A stretch of 64,000 nt of DNA from Eledone cirrhosa (lineage: Eukaryota), in assembly GCA_964016885.1 (NCBI GenBank), contig OZ024744.1, positions 11,036,001 to 11,100,000 of the forward strand, in the 5' to 3' direction. The notes under the pieces are model-generated. The model had not been told where the DNA came from. It searched no databases and was given only the letters and a program-made list of their open reading frames with translations. Both the position numbers and the translations under genes were made by a program. Position 1 is the stretch's first letter, and every line of letters begins with the position of its first letter. This document shows, piece by piece, positions 12,921-26,500 of this stretch.

Positions 12921-14499
12921 TGTAGTCGTACTCCAATATGTTGTATTGTTATACTCCAATATGCTGTGCTGTTGTACTCCAATATGTTCTGTTGTCGTAC
13001 TCCAATATATTGTGTTGTTGTACTCCAATATGTCGTGTTGTTGTACTCCAATATGTCGTGTGGTTGTACTCCAATATGTTGTGTTGTTGTACTCCAATAT
13101 GTTGTGTTGTTGTACTCCAATATGTTGTGTTGTTATACTCCAATATGTTATGTTGTTGTACTCCAATATGTCATGTTGTTGTACTCCAATATGTTTTGAT
13201 GTTATACTCCAATATGTTGTGTTGTTGTACTCCAATATGTTTTGATGTTGTACCCCAATATGTTGTGTTGTTGTACTCCAATATGTTGTGTAGTCGTACT
13301 CCAATATGTTGTGTTGTTGTACTCCAATATGATGTGATGTTGTACTCCAATATGATGTGATGTTGTACTCCAATGCGTTATGTTGTTGTACTCCAATATG
13401 CTGTGTTGTTATACTCCAATATGTTGTGTTGTTGTACTCCAATATGTTGTGTTGTTGTACTCCAATATGTTGTGTTGTTGTAATCCAATATCTTGTGTTG
13501 TTATACTCCAATATGTTGTGCTGTTGTACTCCAAGATGTTGAGTTGTTATACTCCAATATGTAGTGTTGTTATACTCCAATATGTTGTGTTGTTGTACTC
13601 CAATCTGTTGCGTTATACTCCAATATGTTGTGTTGTTATACTCCAATATGTTGTGTTGTTATACTCCAATATGTTGTGTTGTTTTACTCCAATATGTTGT
13701 ATTGTTGATCTCCAATATGTCATATTATACTCCAATAAGTTGTGTTCTTGTACTCCAATATGTGTTGTTGTTGTACTCCAATATGTTGCGTTGTTGTACT
13801 CCAATATATCATGTTGTCGTACTCCAATATGTCATGTTATACTCCAATATGTTTTGATGCTGTACTCCAATATGTTGTGTTGTTGTACTAGAATATGCTG
13901 TGTTGTTGTACTCCAATATGTTGTGTTGTTATACTCCAATATGTTGTGCTGTTGTGCTCCAATATGTAGTGTTGTTATACTCCAATATGTTGTGTTGTTG
14001 TACTCCAATCTGTTGTGTTGTTATACTCCAATATATTGTGTTGTTATACTCCAATATGTTGTGTTGTTTTACTCCAATATGTTGTGTTGTTGTACTCCAA
14101 TATGTTGTATTGTTGTTCTCCAATATGTCATGTTATACTCCAATAAGTTGTGTTCTTGTACTCCAATATGTTGTGTTGTTGTACTCCAATATGTTGTTTT
14201 GTTGTACTCCAATATATCATGTTGTCGTACTCCAATATGTCACGTTATACTCCAATATGTCGTTGTTATACTCCAATATGTCATGATGTTGTACTCCAAT
14301 ATGTCGTGTTCTTGTACTCCAATATGTCGTGTTGTCGTACTCCAATATGTTGTGTTGTTGTACTCCAATATGTTGTGCTGTTGTACTCCAATATGTTGTG
14401 TTGTTGTACTCCAATATGTTGTGTTGTTATACTCCAATATGTTGTGCTGTTGTACTCCAATATTTCGTGTTGTTGTACTCCAATACGTCGTGTTATACT

Positions 14500-16855
14500 C
14501 CAATATGTTGTGTTGTTATACTCCAATATGTTGTGTTGTTGTACTCCAATATGTTGTTTTGTTGTACTCCAATATGTCATGTTGTTGTACTCCAATATGT
14601 CTTGTTATACTCCAATATGTCGTGTTGCTGTACTCCAATATGTCATGCTGTTGTACTCCAATATATTTTGCTGTTGTACTCCACTGTGTTGTGTTGTTGA
14701 ACTCCAATATGTTGTGTTGTTGTTCTCCAATATTTTGTGATGTTGTACTCCAATGTGTTGTGTTGTTATACTCCAATATGTTGTGTTGTTATACTCCAAT
14801 ATGTTGTGTTGTTATACTCCAATATGTTGTGTTGTTGTACTCCAATATGTTGTGTTGTGATACTCCAATATGTTGTGCTGTTGTACTCCAATATGTTGAG
14901 TTGTTATACTCCAATATGTAGTGTTGTTATACTTCCATATGTTGTGTTGTTGTACTCCAATATGTTGTGTTGTTGTACTCCAATATGTTGTGTTGTTGTA
15001 CTCCAATATGTTGTGTTGTTGTACTCCAATATGTGATGTTGTTCTACTCCAATATGTCGCGTTGTTGTACTCCAATATGTTGTGTTGTTATACTCCAATA
15101 TTTCGTGTTGTTTTACTCCAATATGCCATGTTGTTGTACTCCAGTATGTCTTGTTATACTCCAATATGTCGTGTTGCTGTACTCCAATATGTCATGCTGT
15201 TGTACTCCAATATGTTTTGCTGTTGTACTCCACTGTGTTGTGTTGTTGAACTCCAATATGTTGTGTTGTTGTTCTCCAATATTTTGTGCTGTTGTACTCC
15301 AATTTGTGTTGTTGTACTCCAATATGTTGTGTTGTTGTACTCCAATATGTTGTGTTGTTGTACTCCAATATGTTGTGTTGTTATACTCCAATATGTTGTG
15401 CTGTTGTACTCCAATATTTCGTGTTGTTGTACTCCAATACGTCGTGTTGTTGTACTCCAATATGGTTTGATGTTGTACTCAAATATGTTGTGTTGTTGTA
15501 CTCCAATATGTTTTGATGTTGTACTCCAATATGTTGTGTTGTTGTACTCCAATATGTTGTGTAGTCGTACTCCAATATGCTGTGTTGTTGTACTCCAATA
15601 TGCTGTGATGTTGTACTCCAATATGATGTGATGTTGTACTCCAATGCGTTGTGTTGTTGTACTCCAATGTGATGTGTTGTTGTACTCCAATATGTTGTGC
15701 CGTTGTACTCCAATATTTTTTTATTTTTGTACTCCAATATGTTGTGTTGTTATACTCCAATATGTTGTGTTGTTATACTCCAATATGTTGTGCTGTTGTA
15801 CTCCAAATCTCGTGTTGTTATACTCCAATGTGTTGTGTTGTTATACTCCAATATGGTGTGTTGTTGTAGTCCAATATGTTGTATTGTTTTTTCCAATATG
15901 TCATGTTATACTCCAATATGTTGTGTTCGTGCACTCCAATATGTTGTGTTATTGTACTCCAATATGTTGCGTTGTTGTACTCCAATATGTTGTGTTGTTA
16001 TACTCCAATATGTTGTGTTGTTGTACTCCAATATGTTGTCTTGTTGTACTCCAAAAGGCCATGTTATCGTACTCCAATATGTCTTGTTATACTCCAATAT
16101 GCCGTGTGGCTGTACTCCAATATGTCATGTTGTTGTACTCCAATATGTCTTGTTATAGTCCAATATGTCGTGTTGTTGTACTCCAATATGTCATGTAGTT
16201 GTATTCCAATATTTCGTGTTGTTGTACCCCAATATGTCGTGTTGTTTATACTCCAATATGTTTTGCTGTTGTACTCCAATATGTTGTGTTGCTGTATTCC
16301 AATATGTTGTGTTGTTATTCTCCAATATGTTGTGCTGTTGTACTCCAATGTGTTATGTTGTTATACTCCAATATGTTGTGCTGTGCTACTCCAATATATT
16401 GTGTTGTTGTACTCCAATGTGTTGTGTTGTTATACTCCAATATGTTGTGTTGATTTACTCCAATATGTTGTGTTGTTGTACTCCAATCTGTTGTGTTGTT
16501 ATACTCCAATATGTTGTGTTGTTATACTCCAATATGTTGTGTTGTTTTACTCCAATATGTTGTGTTGTTGTACTCCAATATGTTGTGTTGTTGTACTCCA
16601 ATATGTTGTGTTGTTGTAATCCAATATATTGTGTTGTTATACTCCAATATGTTGTGTTGTTGTACTCCAATATGTTGTGTTGTTATACTCCAATATGTTG
16701 TGTTGTGATACTCCAATATGTTCTGCTGTTGTACTCCAATATGTTGTGTTGTTATACTCCAATATGTTGTGTTGTTTTACTCCAATATGTTGTGTTGTTG
16801 TACTCCAATATGTTGTATTGTTGTTCTCCAATATGTCAAGTTATACTCCAATAAG
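14500..16855 (+). repeat. Third copy of the ~2590-4855 block
   Basis: ORF offsets are 11910 (2606/14516), then 12002 (3111/15113, 4163/16165). The marker AAAAGGCCAT is at 16053 versus 4051. Confidence 0.88.
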
Positions 16856-17549
16856 TTGTGTTATTGTACTCCAATATGTTGCGTTGTTGTACTCCAATAT
16901 GTTGTGTTGTTATACTCCAATATGTCGTGTGGCTGTACTCCAATATGTCATGTTGTTGTACTTCAATATGTCTTGTTATAGTCCAATATGTCGTGTTGTT
17001 GTACTCCAATATATCATGTAGTTGTACTCCAATATTTCGTGTTGTTGTACCCCAATATGTAGTGTTGTTTATACTCCAATATGTTTTGCTGTTGTACTCC
17101 AATATGTTGTGTTGCTGTACTCCTATATGTTGTGTTGTTATTCTCCAATATGTTGTGCTGTTGTACTCCAATGTGTTGTGTTGTTATACTCCAATGTGTT
17201 GTGTTGTTATACTCCAATATGTTGTGTTGTTGTAGTCCAATATGTTGTGTTGTCGTACTCCAATATGTTGTGTTGTCATACTCCAATATTTCGTGTGGTT
17301 GTACTCCAATATGTCATGGTGCTGTACTTCAATATGTCGTGTTGTTGTACTCCAATATGTTGTCTTGTTGTACTCCAATATGTTGCATTGTTGTACTTCA
17401 ATATGTTCTGTTGTTGTACTCCAATATATTGTGTTGTTGTACTCCAATATGTTGTGTTGTTGTACTCCAATATGCTGTGTTGTTGTACTCCAATATGTTG
17501 TGTTGTTGTACTCCAATATGTTGTGTTGTTGTACTCCAATATCTTGTGT

Positions 17550-20500
17550 TCTTATACTCCAATATGTTGTGTTGATTTACTCCAATAGGTTGTGTTGTTG
17601 TACTCCAATCTGTTGTGTTGTTATACTCCAATGTGTTGTGTTGTTATACTCCAATATGTTGTGTTGTTGTAGTCCAATATGTTGTGTTGTCGTACTCCAA
17701 TATGTTGTGTTGTTATACTCCAATATTTCGTGTGGTTGTACTCCAATATGTCATGGTGTTGTACTTCAATATGTCGTGTTGTTGTACTCCAATATGTTGT
17801 CTTGCTGTACTCCAATATGTTGTGTTGTTGTACTCCAATATCTTGTGTTCTTATAGTCCAATATGTTGTGTTGTTATACTCCAATATGTTGTGTTGTTGT
17901 ACTCCAATATGTTGTGCTGTTTTACTCCAATATGTTGTGTTGTTGTACTCCAATATGTTGTATTGTTTTTCTCCAATATGTCATGTTATACTCCAATAAG
18001 TTGTGTTCTTGTACTCCAATATGTTGTGTTGTTGTACTCCAATATATCATGTTGTCGTACTCCAATATGTCATGTTATACTCCAATATGTCATTGTTGTA
18101 CTCCAATATGTCGTGTTGTTGTACTCCAATATGTCGTGTTGTTGCACTCCAATATGTTGTGTTGTTGTACTCCAATATGTTGTGTTGTTGTACTCCAATA
18201 TGTTGTGTTGTTATACTCCAATATGTTATGTTGTTGTACTCCAATATGTCATGTTGTTGTACTCCAATATGTTGTGTTGTTGTACTCCAATATGTTTTGA
18301 TGTTGTACTCCAATATGTTGTGTTGTTGTACTCCAATATGTTGTGTAGTCATACTCCAATATGTTGTGTTGTTGTACTCCAATATGCTGTGATGTTGTAC
18401 TCCAATATGATGTGCTGTTGTACTCCAATGCGTTGTGTTGTTGTACTCCAATATGCTGTGTTGTTATACTCCAATATGTTGTGTTGTTGTACTCCAATAT
18501 GTTGTGTTGTTGTACTCCAATATGTTGTGTTGTTGTAATCCAATATCTTGTGTTGTTATACTCCAATATGTTGTGCTGTTGTACTCCAATATGTTGAGTT
18601 GTTATACTCCAATATGTAGTGTTGTTATACTCCAATATGTTGTGTTGTTGTACTCCAATCTGTTGCGTTATACTCCAATATGTTGTGTTGTTATACTCCA
18701 ATATGTTGTGTTGTTATACTCCAATATGTTGTGTTGTTTTACTCCAATATGTTGTATTGTTGATCTCCAATATGTCATATTATACTCCAATAAGTTGTGT
18801 TCTTGTACTCCAATATGTGTTGTTGTTGTACTCCAATATGTTGCGTTGTTGTACTCCAATATATCATGTTGTCGTACTCCAATATGTCATGTTATACTCC
18901 AATATGTTTTGATGCTGTACTCCAATATGTTGTGTTGTTGTACTACAATATGTTGTGTTGTTGTACTCCAATATGTTGTGTTGTTATACTCCAATATGTT
19001 GTGCTGTTGTACTCCAATATGTTGTGTTGTTATACTCCAATATGTAGTGTTGTTATACTCCAATATGTTGTGTTGTTGTACTCCAATCTGTTGTGTTGTT
19101 ATACTCCAATATATTGTGTTGTTATACTCCAATATGTTGTGTTGTTTTACTCCAATATGTTGTGTTGTTGTACTCCAATATGTTGTATTGTTGTTCTCCA
19201 ATATGTCATGTTATACTCCAATAAGTTGTGTTCTTGTACTCCGATATGTTGTGTTGTTGTACTCCAATATGTTGTGTTGTTGTACTCCAATATATCATGT
19301 TGTCGTACTCCAATATGTCATGTTATACTCCAATATGTCGTTGTTATACTCCAATATGTCATGATGTTGTACTCCAATATGTCGTGTTCTTGTACTCCAA
19401 TATGTCGTGTTGTCGTACTCCAATATGTTGTGTTGTTGTACTCCAATATGTTGTGCTGTTGTACTCCAATATGTTGTGTTGTTGTACTCCAATATGTTGT
19501 GTTGTTATACTCCAATATGTTGTGCTGTTGTACTCCAATATTTCGTGTTGTTGTACTCCAATACGTCGTGTTGTACTCCAATATGTTGTGTTGTTATACT
19601 CCAATATGTTATGTTGTTGTACTCCAATGTGTCTTGTTGTTGTACTCCAATATGTTTTGATGTTGTACTCCAATATGTTTGTTGTTGTACTCCAATATGT
19701 TTTGGTGTTGTACTCCAATATGTTGTGTTGTTGTACTCCAATATGTTGTGTAGTCGTATTCCAATATGTTGTGTTGTTGTACTCTAATATGTTTTGTTGT
19801 TATTCTCCAATATGTTGTGATGTTGTACTCCAATGTGTTGTGTTGTTGTACTCCAATGTGATGTGTTGTTGTACTCCAATATGTTGTGCTGTTGTACTCC
19901 AATATTTTTTTGTTTTTTGTACTCCAATATGTTGTGTTGTTATACTCCAATATGTTGTGTTGTTATACTCCAATATGGTGTGTTCTTGTACTCCAATATG
20001 TTGTATTGTTTTCTCCAATATGTCATGTTATACTCCAATATGGTGTGTTCGTGTACTCCAATATGTTGTGTTATTGTACTCCAATATGTTGCGTTGTTGT
20101 ACTCCAATATGTTGTGTTGTTATACTCCAATATGTCGTGTGGCTGTACTCCAATATGTCATGTTGTTGTACTCCAATATGTCTTGTTATAGTCCAATATG
20201 TCGTGTTGTTGTACTCCAATATATCATGTAGTTGTACTCCAATATTTCGTGTTGTTGTACCCCAATATGTAGTGTTGTTTATACTCCAATATGTTTTGCT
20301 GTTGTACTCCAATATGTTGTGTTGCTGTACTCCTATATGTTGTGTTGTTATTCTCCAATATGTTGTGCTGTTGTACTCCAATGTGTTGTGTTGTTATACT
20401 CCAATGTGTTGTGTTGTTATACTCCAATATGTTGTGTTGTTGTAGTCCAATATGTTGTGTTGTCGTACTCCAATATGTTGTGTTGTTATACTCCAATATT

Positions 20501-23500
20501 TCGTGTGGTTGTACTCCAATATGTCATGGTGTTGTACTTCAATATGTCGTGTTGTTGTACTCCAATATGTTGTCTTGTTGTACTCCAATCGGTTGTATTG
20601 TTGTACTTCAATATGTTCTGTTGTTGTACTCCAATATATTGTGTTGTTGTACTCCAATATGTTGTGTTGTTGTACTCCAATATGCTGTGTTGTTGTACTC
20701 CAATATGTTGTGTTGTTGTACTCCAATATGTTGTGTTGTTGTACTCCAATATCTTGTGTTCTTATACTCCAATATGTTGTGTTGTTATACTCCAATATGT
20801 TGTGTTGTTGTACTCCAATATGTTGTGCTGTTGTACTCCAATATGATGTGCTGTTGTACTCCAATATGTTGTGTTGTTGTACTCCAATGTGTTGTGTTGT
20901 TGTACTCCAATATGTTGTGCCGTTGTACTCCAGTATTTTTTTTTGTTTTTGTACTCCAAAATGTTGTGTTGTTATACTCCAATATGTTGTGTTGCTGTAC
21001 TCCAAAATGTTGTGTTGTTATACTCCAATATGGTGTGTTGTTGAACTCCAATATGTTGTATTGTTTTTCTCCAATATGTCATGTTATACTCCAATATGTC
21101 GTGTTGCTGTACTCCAATATGTCATGCTGTTGTACTCCAATATGTTTTGCTGTTGTACTCCACCGTGTTGTGTTGTTGAACTCCAATACGTTGTGTTGTT
21201 GTTCTCCAATATTTTGTGCTGTTGTACTCCAATTTGTGTTGTTGTACTCCAATATGTTGTGTTGTTGTACTCCAATATGTTGTGTTGTTGTACTCCAATA
21301 TGTTGTGTTGTTATACTCCAATATGTTGTGCTGTTGTACTCCAATATTTCGTGTTGTTGTACTCCAATACGTCGTGTTGTTGTACTCCAATATGTTTTGA
21401 TGTTGTACTCAAATATGTTGTGTTGTTGTACTCCAATATGTTTTGATGTTGTACTCCAATATGTTGTGTTGTTGTACTCCAATATGTTGTGTAGTCTTAC
21501 TCCAATATGTTGTGTTGTTGTACTCCAATGTGATGTGTTGTTGTACTCCAATATGTTGTGCCATTGTACTCCAATATTTTTTATATTTGTACTCCAATAT
21601 GTTGTGTTGTTATACTCCAATATGTTGTGCTGTTGTACTCCAAATCTCGTGTTGTTATACTCCAATGTGTTGTGTTGTTATACTCCAATATGGTGTGTTG
21701 TTGTAGTCCAATATGTTGTATTGTTTTTTTCCAATATGTCATGTTATACTCCAATATGTTGTGTTCGTGTACTCCAATATGTTGTGTTATTGTACTCCAA
21801 TATGTTGCGTTGTTGTACTCCAATATGTTGTGTTGTTATACTCCAATATGTTGTGTTGTTGTACTCCAATATGTTGTCTTGTTGTACTCCAAAAGGCCAT
21901 GTTATCGTACTCCAATATGTCTTGTTATACTCCAATATGTCGTGTGGCTGTACTCCAATATGTCATGTTGTTGTACTCCAATATGTCTTGTTATAGTCCA
22001 ATATGTCGTGTTGTTGTACTCCAATATGTCATGTAGTTGTATTCCAATATTTCGTGTTGTTGTACCCCAATATGTCGTGTTGTTTATACTCCAATATGTT
22101 TTGCTGTTGTACTCCAATATGTTGTGTTGCTGTATTCCAATATGTTGTGTTGTTATTCTCCAATATGTTGTGCTGTTGTACTCCAATGTGTTATGTTGTT
22201 ATACTCCAATATGTTGTGCTGTGCTACTCCAATATATTGTGTTGTTGTACTCCAATGTGTTGTGTTGTTATACTCCAATATGTTGTGTTGATTTACTCCA
22301 ATATGTTGTGTTGTTGTACTCCAATCTGTTGTGTTGTTATACTCCAATATGTTGTGTTGTTATACTCCAATATGTTGTGTTGTTTTACTCCAATATGTTG
22401 TGTTGTTGTACTCCAATATGTTGTGTTGTTGTACTCCAATATGTTGTGTTGTTGTAATCCAATATCTTGTGTTGTTATACTCCAATATGTTGTGTTGTTG
22501 TACTCCAATATGTTGTGTTGTTATACTCCAATATGTTGTGTTGTGATACTCCAATATGTTGTGCTGTTGTACTCCAATATGTTGTGTTGTTATACTCCAA
22601 TATGTTGTGTTGTTTTACTCCAATATGTTGTGTTGTTGTACTCCAATATGTTGTATTGTTGTTCTCCAATATGTCATGTTATACTCCAATAAGTTGTGTT
22701 CTTGTACTCCAATATGTTGTGTTGTTGTACTCCAATATATCATGTTGTCGTACTCCAATATGTCATGTTATACTCCAATATGTCGTTGTTATACTCCAAT
22801 ATGTCATGTTGTTGTACTCCAATATGTCGTATTGTTATACTCCAATATGTTTTGATGTTGTACTCCAATATGTTGTGTTGTTGTACTCCAATATGTTGTG
22901 TAGTCGTACTCCAATATGTTGTATTGTTATACTCCAATATGTTGTGCTGTTGTACTCCAATATGTTCTGTTGTTGTACTCCAATATATTGTGTTGTTGTA
23001 CTCCAATATGTCGTGTTGTTGTACTCCAATATGTCGTGTTGTTGTACTCCAATATGCTGTGTTGTTGTACTCCAATATGTTGTGTTGTTGTACTCCAATA
23101 TGTTGTGTTGTTATACTCCAATATGTTATGTTGTTGTACTCCAATATGTCATGTTGTTGTACTCCAATATGTTTTGATGTTGTACTCCAATATGTTGTGT
23201 TGTTGTACTCCAATATGTTTTGATGTTGTACTCCAATATGTTGTGTTGTTGTACTCCAATATGTTGTGTTGTCGTACTCCAATATGTTGTGTTGTTGTAC
23301 TCCAATATGCTGTGATGTTGTACTCCAATATGTTGTGTTGTACTCCAATATGCTGTGTTGTTGTACTCCAATATGTTGTGTTGTTGTACTCCAATATGTT
23401 GTGTTGTTGTACTCCAATATCTTGTGTTCTTATACTCCAATATGTTGTGTTGTTATACTCCAATATGTTGTGTTGTTGTACTCCAATATGTTGTGCTGTT

Positions 23501-26500
23501 GTACTCCAATATGTTGAGCTGTTGTACTCCAATATGATGTGCTGTTGTACTCCTATATGTGTGTGTTGTTGTACTCCAATGTGTTGTGTTGTTGTACTCC
23601 AATATGTTGTGCCGTTGTACTCCAATATTTTTTTTTGTTTTTGTACTCCAAAATATTGTGTTGTTATACTCCAATATGTTGTGTTGGTGTACTCCAATAT
23701 GGTGTGCTGTTGTACTCCAAATCTCGTGTTGTTATACTCCAATGTGTTGTGTTGTTATACTCCAATATGGTGTGTTGTTGAACTCCAATATGTTGTATTG
23801 TTTTTCTCCAATATGTCATGTTATACTCCAATATGTTGTGTTCGTGTACTCCAATATGTTGTGTTATTGTACTCCAATATGTTGCGTTGTTGTACTCCAA
23901 TATGTTGTGTTGTTATACTCCAATATGTTGTGTTGTTGTACTCCAATATGTCATGTTGTTGTACTCCAGTATGTCTTGTTATACTCCAATATGTCATGTT
24001 GCTGTACTCCAATATGTCATGCTGTTGTACTCCAATATTTCGTGTCGTTGTACGCCAATATGTTGTGCTTTTGTACTCCAATATGTTTTGCTGTTGTACT
24101 CCACTGTGTTGTGTTGTTGAACTCCAATATGTTGTGTTGTTGTTCTCCAATATGTTGTGTTGTTGTACTCCAATGTGTTGTGTTGTTATACTCCAATATG
24201 TTGTGTTGTGATACTCCAATGTGTTGTGTTGTTATACACCAATGTGGTGTGCTGTTGTAATCCAATATGTTATGTTGTACTCCAATATGTTGTGTTGTTA
24301 TACTCCAATATGTCATGCTGTTGTACTCCAATATTTCGTGTCGTTGTACGCCAATATGTTGTGCTTTTGTACTCCAATATGTTTTGCTGTTGTACTCCAC
24401 TGTGTTGTGTTGTTGAACTCCAATATGTTGTGTTGTTGTTCTCCAATATGTTGTGTTGTTGTACTCCAATGTGTTGTGTTGTTATACTCCAATATGTTGT
24501 GTTGTTGTACTCCAATATGTTGTGTTGTTATACACCAATGTGGTGTGCTGTTGTAATCCAATATGTTATGTTGTACTCCAATATGTTGTGTTGTTATACT
24601 CCAATATGTAGTGTTGTTATACTCCAATATGTTGTGTTGTTGTACTCCAATCTGTTGTGTTATACTCCAATATGTTGTGTTGTTGTACTCCAATATGTTG
24701 TATTGTTGTTCTCCAATATGTCATGCTATACTCCAATAAGTTGTGTTCTTGTACTCCAATATGTTTTGTTGTTGTACTCCAATATGTTGTGTTGTTGTAC
24801 TCCAATATATCATGGTGTCGTACTCCAATATGTCTTGTTATACTCCAATATGTCGTTGTTATACTCCAATATGTCATGTTGCTGTACTCCGACATGTCGT
24901 GTTGTAGTACTCCAATATGTTTTGATGTTGTACTCCAATATGTTGTGTTGTTGTACTCCAATATGTTGTGTTGTTGTACTCCAATATGTTGTGTTGTTAT
25001 ACTCCAATATGTTGTGCTGTTGTACTCCAATATGTCATGTTGTTGTACTCCGATATTTCGTGTTGTTCTACTCCAATATTTCGTGTTGTTGTACTCCAAT
25101 ATCTCGTGGTGTTGTACTCCAATATATTTTGATGTTGTACTCCAATATGTCGTGTTGTTGTACTCCAATATGTTGTGTTGTTGTACTCCAATATGCTGTG
25201 TTGTTATACTCCTATATGTTGTGCTGTTGTACTTCAATATGTTGTGTTCTACTCCAATATGTTGTGTTGTTCTACTCCAATATGTTGTGTTGTTGTACTC
25301 CAATATGTTGTGTTGTTGTACTCCAATATGTGATGTTGTTGTACTCCAATATGTCGTATTGTTGTACTCCAATATATTGTGTTGTTATACTCCAATATTT
25401 CGTGTTGTTTTAGTCCAATATGTCATGTTGTTTTACTCCAATATTTCGTGTTGTTGTACTCCAATATGTCATGGTGTTGTACTTCAATATGTCGTATTGT
25501 TGTACTCCAATATGTTGTGTTGTTGTTCTCCAATATGTCGTGTTGTTATACTCCAATATGTTATGATGTTGTACTCCAATATATTGTGTTGTTGTACTCC
25601 AATATGTTGTGTTGCTGTACTCCAATATGTTGTGTCGTTGTACTCCAATATGTTGTGTTGTTGTACTCCAATATGTTGTGTTGTTGTACTCCAATATGTT
25701 GTTGTACTCCAATATGCCATGTTGTTATACTCCAATATGTCGTGGTGTTGTACTCCAATATGTCATGTTGTTGTACTCCAATATTTCGTGTTGTTGTACT
25801 CCAATATGTCATAGGGGTTGTACTCCAATATGGTGTGTTGTTGTACTCCAATATGCTGTGTTGCTGTACTCCAATAGGTTGTGTTGTTGTACTCCAATAT
25901 GCTGTGTTGGCTGTGCTCCAATACGTTGTGTTGTTGTACTCCAATATGTTGTGCTGCTGTACTCCAATATGTTGTGTTGTTGTACTCCAATATGTTGTGT
26001 TGTTGTACTCCAATATGTTGTGTTGTTGTACTCCAATCTATATCGCTGTTGTACTCCAATATGTTGTGTTGTTGTACTCCAATATGTTGTGTTGTTGTAC
26101 TCCAAAATATTGTGTTGTTATACTCCAATATGTTGTGTTGTTATACTCCAATATGTTGTGCTGTTATACTCCAATATGTTGTGTTGTTGTACTCCAATAT
26201 GTTGTGCTGTTATACTCCAATATTTTGTGTTGTTATACTCCAATATGTGGTATTGTTGTACTCCAATATGTTGTGCTGTTGTACTCCAATATGTTGTGTT
26301 GTTATACTCCAACATGTTGTGTTGTTATACTCCAATATGTTGTGTTGTTATACTCGAATATTTTGTGTTGTTATACTCGAATATCTTGTGTTGTTATACT
26401 CGAATATGTTGTGCTGTTGTACTCCAATATGTCGTGTTGTTGTACTCCAATATATCATGTAGTTGTACTCCAATATTTCGTGTTGTTGTACCCCAATATG

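Noticed and set aside
25811-25820. GGGG in the ATAGGGG variant as a G-quadruplex element
   Set aside because: These are isolated single G-tracts kilobases apart. Four neighbouring tracts are not present.
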